A DNA stretch of 16,132 nucleotides from Candidatus Thorarchaeota archaeon (GTDB taxonomy: Archaea; Asgardarchaeota; Thorarchaeia; Thorarchaeales; Thorarchaeaceae), in the NCBI GenBank assembly GCA_048882045.1, contig JBHLRZ010000051.1, positions 1 through 16,132 on the forward strand. Reading direction: 5' to 3'. The notes under the pieces were generated by a model that saw only the letters and a list, made by a program, of their open reading frames with translations, was not told the DNA's origin and ran no database searches. Shown here one piece after another: positions 1-7,900 of the stretch (the first letter of the stretch is position 1; each line of letters starts with the position of its first letter). Position numbers and translations under genes: made by a program.

Positions 1-351
1 ATCATCATCTTGGACAATCTGACTGGTGCACTGAATCTCACAGGTGCTCCTGGATCAAAAGGAAGACAAAGAGAACTATTCAGCGCACTCGAAGTACTAC
101 GAGAAACTGCGAACAAGTTCAATTCACACGTATTGATCACTGACCATTCGTCAAAGAATTGGAACACTAATGAGTATGCTCCAATTGGTGGAAATGTACT
201 TGCCCATGCAGTGGATAATGTTGTTCGTATCGATCGTCTACGTGAAGGAGACAATCTGATCAGAATTCAGGTTGAACGATGGATTACTCCAGAAAAACCT
301 CCTGGTATCATTGTGAGGGTTGATTCGAAAGGAATCCGTTTGATGAGGTGA
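1..351 (+). CDS. RadA/RadB(Rad51-paralog)-like RecA-fold ATPase, C-terminal part (5' truncated by the window)
   Basis: The frame is open from base 1 (IIILDNLT = Walker B, cf. RadA LIIVDSLT). It continues with VLITDH (cf. VVVTNQ), PIGGNVLAH (cf. PIGGHILAH) and the terminal strand RVDSKGI (cf. FxITxKGI). The RadB KHR motif is not present (VERW at the approximate position). Confidence 0.85.
   Translation: MIILDNLTGALNLTGAPGSKGRQRELFSALEVLRETANKFNSHVLITDHSSKNWNTNEYAPIGGNVLAHAVDNVVRIDRLREGDNLIRIQVERWITPEKPPGIIVRVDSKGIRLMR
345..351 (+). promoter_or_regulatory. Shine-Dalgarno GAGGTGA for the FEN1-like gene
   Basis: GAGGTGA overlaps the upstream stop codon and lies 5 nt before an in-frame TTG (357) that yields the family-typical N-terminus MGVK. 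Confidence 0.65.
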
Positions 352-356
352 GTCGG

Positions 357-1355
357 TTGGGAGTGAAGGGTTGGGGAGATGATGTAGTACCCTGGTCGTG
401 GACAGACCTGAGTGAGATTAGTCCTGGAACGATAGCTATCGATGTTCCAAATTATTTGACGAGACGTCTCTCTGTGATCAAATCATCAAAACCACCGCCT
501 GACGGGCGAATACCATTAATGCATGTAGGTACGTTCTTCAGCCTGATTAGGGCGACTTTGAGTAATCAAATTCTTCCAGTTTTATTGTATGATGGGCCGC
601 CTGAATCACGAAAGCGTGAACCTAATCCAGAACTAGTCAAGCAAGCTGCGGATTTGTATAGAGAGTTCACTCTGGATAGAGACCCCTATAATGAAGAGAT
701 TTCGAGTGTGCTATGGAAGAGCGATGCGCTCAGAATGTATTTTGCCTCGGAGCACCTGAAGGCACTAGGGAGTGTAGTTGGAGTACCATCCATAACTGCC
801 CCCTCAGAGTCTGAGATGTTGGGAGCAGCACTATGTCGAGATGAAGTAGTAGACACTGTAGTTTCCAATGACGTTGACACACTTCTCTTTGGCAGTCCAC
901 ATGTTACAAAGCAGCTTCAATCATCAAATGGACGGATCCTCAGAGTCAAGCTGACTGATTTGGAATCACATATCGGTCTTGATCTGGAGTTAGTGAGAGA
1001 CCTCGCAATCCTGTGTGGTTGTGATTTTCACAAGGAGGGAGTAAAAGGGATAGGTCCCCGGAAAGGTGCAATTCTTCTTCAAAGACATGGTGGTCTCGTA
1101 GAAGTCCTGAAATCCAAAGGACTCACATATTCACAAAGGGAGGAGTACGTGAGAGCACGAGAGGTTTTTGATGAACCAACCTATCTGTCGACTGATACTT
1201 ATAGGTTCACACTTAATCCACCTATTGTTCCAAAACTTGTTAGAATACTCACTCCGGTCATGGCGGAGGATGCTGTCGAGAACCTGGTCCAGAAGATGGT
1301 TCGCCTGTGGAAAGGATTTGGAAATCACCAATCTACTTTGGAACAGTGGTTATAA
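357..1355 (+). CDS. fen: Flap endonuclease-1 / XPG-Rad2 family 5' nuclease (divergent), with C-terminal PIP box
   Basis: Motifs (M)GVK, IAIDVPNYL, PVLLYDGPP, APSESE, SNDVDTLLFG, H3TH LAILCGCDF..GVKGIGP and C-terminal QSTLEQWL (cf. archaeal Fen1 QSTLESWF). All seven acidic metal ligands are recognisable. The ORF track starts at GTG 348; TTG 357 is preferred because of the SD and MGV start. Confidence 0.9.
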   Translation: MGVKGWGDDVVPWSWTDLSEISPGTIAIDVPNYLTRRLSVIKSSKPPPDGRIPLMHVGTFFSLIRATLSNQILPVLLYDGPPESRKREPNPELVKQAADLYREFTLDRDPYNEEISSVLWKSDALRMYFASEHLKALGSVVGVPSITAPSESEMLGAALCRDEVVDTVVSNDVDTLLFGSPHVTKQLQSSNGRILRVKLTDLESHIGLDLELVRDLAILCGCDFHKEGVKGIGPRKGAILLQRHGGLVEVLKSKGLTYSQREEYVRAREVFDEPTYLSTDTYRFTLNPPIVPKLVRILTPVMAEDAVENLVQKMVRLWKGFGNHQSTLEQWL

Positions 1356-3404
1356 TCAGACCCACGGGTCGATCCATCCATCTCTGTCTGCTCTATATAG
1401 TCTGTTGAACACTGTCATCTTGTAGGTCTGATTGGCGAGGACACTTGATATGAACCAGTCTGTGGCTTCTGAAACAAAAACCTCACGAAGCATTGATCTG
1501 ACCGTTGTGACAGCATCTGCTGGAAGGCGAAGATACGCTATCATGTTACTTGAGCCATCATTGAGAACTCGTGCAAATGGTAGCTTCGATACCATCCAGT
1601 CCTTTACCCGTTTATGAATCTCTTGAGTCCTGAACATACCTCCAACGATTAGACCAACTGGTAGTCCACAGTATTCCAGAGTAGGGAGATACAGAAGTCG
1701 CAATACCTTGCTGTCAAACAAACGCTTCAAATATCGACGGGAAGTCACTTGATTGTATCCTAGTTGTTCAAACAACCATCTTCTCGAATTTCGAAGTCCA
1801 CTGAATACATGGAGTATTCCAAGAAGGTCTAATTCCATTGGACTCAAATGAGGTGTTTCTTGAACCAGTAAGTTTGTGGTCCTATACAACCATTTCGAAT
1901 TTTCTTTGATTGTGGTTGCTTTGAGTGGGTTGGTTTCATAGGCAGAGGTCATGTCCCACAATCCTTCTCTATCGTCAAAGAGGTTCAACCTCATCGATAG
2001 AATTTCAGAATCAACTGTCAGTTGGAGAGATCTGTAAGGGAGTATGTCATCAGCTGGTCCATCCGAACTGATTGGTTCAAGATGAACAGTGCATCCACTA
2101 TAGATGTCATTCATCTGCATTGTCAACCGTTCGATTAGACCCTCACTCTTCACAGCTGGTTTCTGCGTTTCTGTCAGTATGTATCGATATCTTAGTCCAA
2201 GAGCTGCGGGAGAGATGAGATAGTGTTCGCTGAGGAGATATCCCAATCGGACAAGGGTGTAGTTTGCCATCCGTTGTTTAAGACCAACCTCTTTGACCAG
2301 GTCGGATGCACTTGGACGTCCAGGCTGTTCAGATGTTCGTAAGAATCCGCAAAGTTTGATCAGAGGCGTATAACCCATGATGTTGACTTCATGTCTTATG
2401 TTCTTGAGGAGGTACTCGTGTTTGTAGCTTGTTGGACCTGCGGGATGTAAAGAATAGATGTTCCACTCAGTAAATAACTGGTTTTGAGTTCTCAATGTTT
2501 GAATCTCATGCTCAAGAGCCAATCTATTCAGTTTCATCTTTGCACTTTGTTTGTCAACTTCCTTCTCAAGCCGCTGTACCTCATCCTCGTAGTCTGAGAT
2601 GACCTTTGGATCACCATCTCCGTCCTTTCGTGCCTGTGAGAATTGTTTTCGTGATTCCCAGAGATTATCTTCTGATTTCTTGTGATTTTCAATCGTATCT
2701 CGCCAAGAGTCCAACTTCACGGATAACGAATCCTGGCCAGAGAAAGAGTCCTTACCAAGGAACTCCTCGATATTCATCTTTGCTGTCATCATGGCCTCTT
2801 CTATGTCATCATCATCTCCAGAAACTAGTACATTTGAGACCTCCTTTAGTTGGTTCAATTTGTATTCATTAGTCTTCAATGTCCAAACTGGCAGAAGCCA
2901 CCTGACTGTATTTCCAGTCTGTTGTGCAATGATATTGACAGTATACATCGCTGCAGCAAGTGAATCCATACCCTCAGGAATTACTGGCCATCTGAAAGCT
3001 GCAGGTATCTCATCAAACGCTATCCTACTCAGCACATACGACAAGGACGACGCTTCCAAATCAGTCAAATTCCCCGGAAGAAGAGACTCTACCTCTTGAC
3101 GAAGATTATTACCTGTTGGCGAGAGATCATTCTTGTTGACTCGCACAAACTCAGTCACTGCACTCTGTCCAAGAACAGAATTGATCGTATCAGCACCCAT
3201 TGGTACTTCAGGAAGAGGTTTTAGGTCTAGTTTCTTTTCGAAGAGGGTCTCAGAGAGTTTCCTTTTACTAATCTTCCAGGAAGACGAGTCCTCTAGAATT
3301 TTGTGCAGAATCTTCCTGTCTTCGACTCTTCTTCCCTTTCTCAGCCATTCACTCGATATTGGTGATCTAAGACCCATGGTCATCACTGATTCTAGATTGC
3401 CCAC
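1356..3404 (-). CDS. Large hypothetical protein: helical/coiled-coil N-half plus two tandem Lrp/AsnC-like wHTH-RAM modules; probable DNA-binding regulator
   Basis: 682-aa ORF. HTH-like segments PSASDLVKEVGLKQRMANYTLVRL and LSPMELDLL...LFEQLGYNQVTSRRYLKRLFDSKVL are each followed by an Lrp-type linker (ISPAALGLRY; LPTLEYCGL) and an alpha/beta domain. A charged heptad region lies at ~2490-2700. The start is uncertain (GTG 3404, ATG 3383 or 3377). Confidence 0.7.
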   Translation of the reverse strand: MGNLESVMTMGLRSPISSEWLRKGRRVEDRKILHKILEDSSSWKISKRKLSETLFEKKLDLKPLPEVPMGADTINSVLGQSAVTEFVRVNKNDLSPTGNNLRQEVESLLPGNLTDLEASSLSYVLSRIAFDEIPAAFRWPVIPEGMDSLAAAMYTVNIIAQQTGNTVRWLLPVWTLKTNEYKLNQLKEVSNVLVSGDDDDIEEAMMTAKMNIEEFLGKDSFSGQDSLSVKLDSWRDTIENHKKSEDNLWESRKQFSQARKDGDGDPKVISDYEDEVQRLEKEVDKQSAKMKLNRLALEHEIQTLRTQNQLFTEWNIYSLHPAGPTSYKHEYLLKNIRHEVNIMGYTPLIKLCGFLRTSEQPGRPSASDLVKEVGLKQRMANYTLVRLGYLLSEHYLISPAALGLRYRYILTETQKPAVKSEGLIERLTMQMNDIYSGCTVHLEPISSDGPADDILPYRSLQLTVDSEILSMRLNLFDDREGLWDMTSAYETNPLKATTIKENSKWLYRTTNLLVQETPHLSPMELDLLGILHVFSGLRNSRRWLFEQLGYNQVTSRRYLKRLFDSKVLRLLYLPTLEYCGLPVGLIVGGMFRTQEIHKRVKDWMVSKLPFARVLNDGSSNMIAYLRLPADAVTTVRSMLREVFVSEATDWFISSVLANQTYKMTVFNRLYRADRDGWIDPWV

Positions 3405-3461
3405 TTATTACTTCGTATAGAGATTTTACGACCTTATTAGTCCACATCAGGATAAAATATC
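3405..3461. promoter_or_regulatory. Short divergent promoter region; TATA-like TTATTA at 3434-3439
   Basis: 57-bp AT-rich gap between divergent genes. The TATA-like box lies ~25 nt upstream of ATG 3462, which fits a leaderless transcript. Similar (C/T)TTATTAG occurs at 14212 and 14981. Confidence 0.5.
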
Positions 3462-4058
3462 ATGAGGCATAATCAGTTAGTTCTGGAGTTTAAGTCTTCA
3501 ATTCCAGACTACTCTGGAATCACTCTTCAAGATACCCTTTCAGAGAGTCTTTGGGATACAGCTAAAGCAGAGGACCTTCACATCCTGCTCAGAGAACCTG
3601 CTCTACTTGAACTGGCTAGAAGACGGGAACCTGGAGTTCTTTCCTACTGTGACAAGCTCCTTGTCAGTGATGATCAGGAGAAGTGGTTCACTGCTCTCAA
3701 GATTTTGGAAGCCCTCAATACATACGATGCTGCCCAGAGGTTACTTGTTGTTTGTGGATATTCTGGAACAGGAGACCGTTGTGTCGTCATGCATGTTCTG
3801 GCTCGAATATTGACCTCGTCCCATAGGGAGGGTTTCAGGAGAATCCTTCGGTCGATAGTTACCCCTGGAGTCCTAGATGTTTCAGGATGGTCTCCGACAG
3901 CCCTTTCAGTCTTGAAAGCTGTATGCATGGAGAAGAAGATTGATGTCGAAACATGTTTCTTCTCACTTTCGCAGTCATTCAAGACACCAACAAAAGACAC
4001 CGATGATGTATCTTCAGTGCAAATTCGACACCAGAGAAGACGCAAAAGAGGTGTATGA
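3462..4058 (+). CDS. Hypothetical alpha-helical protein with HEAT/PBS-lyase-like repeats and a basic C-terminal tail
   Basis: 198-aa ORF. ALLELARRREPGVLSYCDKLLVSDDQEKWFTALKILEALNTYDAAQRLL has HEAT-like periodicity, and the protein ends RHQRRRKRGV. Confidence 0.7.
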   Translation: MRHNQLVLEFKSSIPDYSGITLQDTLSESLWDTAKAEDLHILLREPALLELARRREPGVLSYCDKLLVSDDQEKWFTALKILEALNTYDAAQRLLVVCGYSGTGDRCVVMHVLARILTSSHREGFRRILRSIVTPGVLDVSGWSPTALSVLKAVCMEKKIDVETCFFSLSQSFKTPTKDTDDVSSVQIRHQRRRKRGV

Positions 4059-4238
4059 GAGCCCGCTGCTCTACAACAAGCAATACTATCACTTCTTGGT
4101 TTAGTTGCATTTTCATCAAACTCTAGTTCTACATTTATTCTTGTCATACTCCTTGTCACCTCCTTACACCATACTTGAGAGCTTTCTTGTCCCATTGTAA
4201 TGTAGGACGAAAAATGGAAGAGAAAAGGAGATGCAGTA

Positions 4239-4835
4239 ATGCAGACTGAAGTAGTACTTCATCTATTGGCAACGAACTTCATCTTCTCGGTGAAGATTGC
4301 GCCTCTAGTTGTGTTTGTAGCTACGTTGATCCGCTCAGCATTGCTCCTGACAGGACGGAAAAGGGCACTCTTGTCATGGACGAGGAACACAGCGCTGTCT
4401 TTGGCAACGATTATCTTCCTACCTGGAATGATAGTACATACCAGTGTTAGGTTTGCGGTTTGCTCTTTGCTTGGAATCGACTTGGAAGGCGTCGGAGCAG
4501 CAAGTACATACGCCGAGCTGAATCTGTTTCTGAAGGTGGACCGTCCACCAAGAGTAGCAGTGCTGGTTTCAGCCCTGTACCTAAGCACGGTAGCATCTGT
4601 GTTCATTGGATTCTCCCTTCTCTTCCTACCCGTGGTGCTGCTGGCAGGAGCCCCGGTGGTTCTCCTCTGTTGGTACATAGCCCTCTGTGTCCTGTTCAAC
4701 AGTTCCTTGAAGGGAGGCGATTTCTCGCTACTCGGGGTGGCTCTCCAGAAGCACCCGGGAAGGGGAGTAACAGAGCTCATCTTGGCTCTGGCGGTCCTCA
4801 TCGTCTTCTATACCTATGTAGGGGTTGGCATATAA
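4239..4835 (+). CDS. Polytopic membrane protein, homolog of membrane zinc metalloproteases (DUF3267/M50-like), probably inactive
   Basis: About 5 hydrophobic segments. IFLPGMIVHTSVRFAVCSLLG matches the family pattern PGxxxHExxHxxxCxLxG with E and the second H lost. WYIALCVLFNSSLKGGD resembles the W...PSxxD motif. SD AAGGAG at 4225-4230. Confidence 0.7.
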   Translation: MQTEVVLHLLATNFIFSVKIAPLVVFVATLIRSALLLTGRKRALLSWTRNTALSLATIIFLPGMIVHTSVRFAVCSLLGIDLEGVGAASTYAELNLFLKVDRPPRVAVLVSALYLSTVASVFIGFSLLFLPVVLLAGAPVVLLCWYIALCVLFNSSLKGGDFSLLGVALQKHPGRGVTELILALAVLIVFYTYVGVGI

Positions 4836-4975
4836 TGAACAACAAGTCCAGGGTCGGATCCGAATCACACCCAATTTTGAGTCTCACAGGTCGTCTCTCT
4901 TGCCGATCCCCCTTTCTAGACCTGTATTCCGCAGAGGACCGACCCTTTGGACACCCTAAGGAGGAGCACCAATGA
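4835..4975 (+). CDS. Possible 46-aa bridging small ORF
   Basis: Its ATG overlaps the upstream stop (TAATG 4833-4837) and its TGA overlaps the downstream start (ATGA 4972-4975). The peptide MNNKSRVGSESHPILSLTGRLSCRSPFLDLYSAEDRPFGHPKEEHQ has no recognisable motif. Confidence 0.25.
   Translation: MNNKSRVGSESHPILSLTGRLSCRSPFLDLYSAEDRPFGHPKEEHQ
4846..4952 (+). promoter_or_regulatory. Nested stem-loop in the leader of the giant surface-protein gene
   Basis: Outer stem GTCCA-GGGTCGG-A-TCC (4846-4861) pairs with GGA-CCGACCC-TT-TGGAC (4936-4952). Inner stem ACAGGTC (4886-4892) pairs with GACCTGT (4919-4925). The structure ends 5 nt before SD AAGGAGGAG (4958-4966). Confidence 0.5.
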
Positions 4976-7900
4976 AACGCATGCTCATAGTACTTGTTCT
5001 CGCCCTGATTCTTTTGGCGACACCTGTGAAGACCACAGAACCTCAATCATTCGGAAACAGAATGCCACTTCAGTACGGTCTCGATACTCCAGCAGCGAAT
5101 CCGGGTGTGTACATTGATGCTGCACCCTATGTTGTTCTGGAGATGGCGGGAGGAGGAATTGCGCCACATGGCACTGACTGGTCACAGTTGCTCAACGGAT
5201 CTGGTATCATGAGCCAGGTAATGGATATAAGCGATGTGATCAGCAACCCTGACTCAATGGCTAGAGTGAGTGTGGTTTTGGTCGATGCAAGTCTTGGATC
5301 TGGAGATGGTGCCTTAGTTTCTCAGGAGTTGATTGACTTGCTCATTCGAGAGGACATGAGCCTCATCCTTACAGGCAGATCATCTTGGATTCTTCACAGA
5401 TTAAGAGACGCTAGTCCACCGTCTCTGGCTGCTTCTGCGACCACGGTACTACTTGAAGCTGCAGAATTCGCAGGAGTAGCTTTTATGATAAATCCAAATA
5501 CTTTGGCAGTTGGAGCATCACTTACTACAGAAACCGCTATCATGATACCAGTAGACGAGATACAGACAGAACTGGGGAGGATTGTCGACCTGACTGGTGC
5601 GGCTCCATCTAGTGTCGCATCGTTGCGTTATGACTCATATCCACTGGATGTCTTTCTCTTTGCTCCAGAGGATCCAACACAGCTAACAGCAACAGGCAAG
5701 GGTCTCTTGGAGAACATCATTGCATACACTACAGCACTGCGAGAATCAGGTATAGCTAATACTTTGGCAGGTCGACAGGCTGGCTCAGGGTCTCTTCTCG
5801 AGGGAGGTTTCAGTTACCCACATGAACCCACGGTTGCGTCAACATACTATGCAGTCCACTCAGTCAAATCACTCTTGACAGGGTCAGAATGGAACACATG
5901 GGTAGCAGACAATGACGAATTAGTCCTGAGTGTGCTGGAGTCACTCCTGGTTGACTTTGGTACAGAGTCCGGGTTCAGGACATCGTTGACAGAAGGGATC
6001 ATAAATTGCATGAGTACAGCTCAGGGTCTCTGGCTGATCACAACCATGGATCTGAACTCGCAGTTCATGGTCTCCGAAGTTGTTTCATATATAGAGTCCA
6101 GACAGGACATAGAAGGTGGTTTTGAAAACGATATCTCGACTACCTTCCATGCTACTGAGGCACTCCATGCAGCAGGTCAGCTTGGGAACATTGATACAAC
6201 TACTCTTGAAACCTGGCTTCGGTCATTGGTCATCGATGGTAGTAAGACCTCAAATCCAGATCTTTGGGGTGCGATTAGCTACAATCCCACTAGCCTTTCA
6301 CCTACCAATGACTATGCGATCAAGTACTTGCGGTCTCTCGAGTTTCTTGGGAAGGCACATCCAGACCCGGACAAGTTGACAAGTTGGATAGTTACACGTA
6401 CTGCGAACGGTGATGGGTCGTTTCGAAACTCCCAGAACCCTGATGAGGAGTATGTCACTGGTACATCGTCTGCCTTGTCTTCTATGCAGATTCTTGGAAC
6501 GTTGAGTACCAGCAACAGGACGACAGGGCTTACCTGGTTTTCCACAAACCAACTGAACTCAGGAGGGTTTGGAATGAAGCAGAAAGTTTCTGACCTCGTA
6601 GCTAAGACCAGAGAGTCCTCCAGGGTCGCTTTGAGTCTGAACCTCATGGGCGAAACAGGCGGGAGCTTAGCCACTGGTCTTCTTTCATATATAGATTCAA
6701 TCCGTACTGGTGTTGGCTTCGAAGGGATGGACCTGCTTCCATCACTGATGTGGTCCAGTTGGATGCTAAGCATCAACAGACTCGTTCATTCCTCCGGAAC
6801 TGTGGACACGGACCTTGTAGAGGCATATCTGGAAGGATTCGAAACCCAATGGCGACAATATCCCTCTTGGGGTAATCTAACTGCTCTCAACGCTCCTGAG
6901 TATCTGATCACTCAATATAGGACAAAGAGTGTCTGGACTCAGTTCTTTGGCGCACTTGCTATGGAGTCCTTGGGACTGGATTTCTCACCCAATATTGTGT
7001 CAGAGATGATACTGTACTTGTCGCAAGCACAATACATGACCGGACACTTTCGACCAACATCTCTCATGGGTACTCCCCATGTCCAACATTCAGTAGCTGC
7101 AATAGAGACCCTGTTCATGCTGGATGAACTCGACACTATTCCTTATAGACCAGCTCTAGAATCTGCTATGTTGTCAGAGTATTCATCTGGTTCGTGGGAA
7201 TCCACTGGTTGGTTCCTCGAGCCTTTTGCAGGATGTCAGGAGGCAATCGACTTCCTCACCACTCGAGCTGCACTTCGTCTTAGCATAGTGACACCAACAA
7301 TGGCTAGTGAGATTGCAGCAACTGTTCAAGCTCGTATTCAATATACAGACCTCTTTGCACTGAGTTTTTCAGTTGCAACACTTTCTCTCCTTAACACATC
7401 GTCATTCTCCGTTAGTCTCGAGTCGATTGATCGTTCTCAGGTTCTCAGTGCATTGAGGTCTTCCTCTATCGCAAGCTCTTGGTACAATTCAACGATTCCG
7501 CGACAACCAGTCATTACTGAAAGTGTTTTGAGGATGGTATCGATTCTAGGACTCCGTCCGAGTTCCTTGGATATTGTTGGTTCTACTTTGACAGCCAGTA
7601 CTGGAGCGACAGTTTCTCTAGGATCGGACCTCACTTTGGATGTAACGATTGGTTCACCTGGGTCAAGTCATTCAGTGATGATACACGCATTCGATCAATG
7701 GATACTCTTTGAAAACGTTCTTGACACTGATTCTCTCTCTATACCTGTTCCAACATCAGAAACCTTTCTTGGTCCAGAGGAAGTCTATGCTATTGTGTCT
7801 GATTGGGGGGCATCAAGAGCTTTCGATTCATTAAGCGTTATTGTAGAAGGCACATTGACAGGGTCTTTCATTCTTGGTTCATCAACAGTAAAAATTGGGG

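Noticed and set aside
1356-3404. Siroheme decarboxylase (AhbA/B, NirDL) assignment for the Lrp-like paralogs
   Set aside because: The proteins are much larger, I see no HxYxR motif, and there are no heme-biosynthesis genes nearby.
4026-4058. NLS-like basic tail RHQRRRKRGV as a eukaryotic signature
   Set aside because: Basic tails are common in prokaryotic proteins and nothing else supports this reading.
4156-4165. TCACCTCCTT resembling the 3' end of 16S rRNA
   Set aside because: No other rRNA sequence surrounds it; it is treated as an SD/anti-SD element.
4846-4952. tRNA or SECIS element
   Set aside because: No cloverleaf or T-loop consensus, no convincing AUGA/GA quartet, and no selenoprotein-like Cys/Sec context at any in-frame UGA.
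5800-7550. Active squalene-hopene cyclase or protein prenyltransferase
   Set aside because: The domain is extracellular (signal peptide) and no DxDD motif was seen; only the repeat fold is supported.
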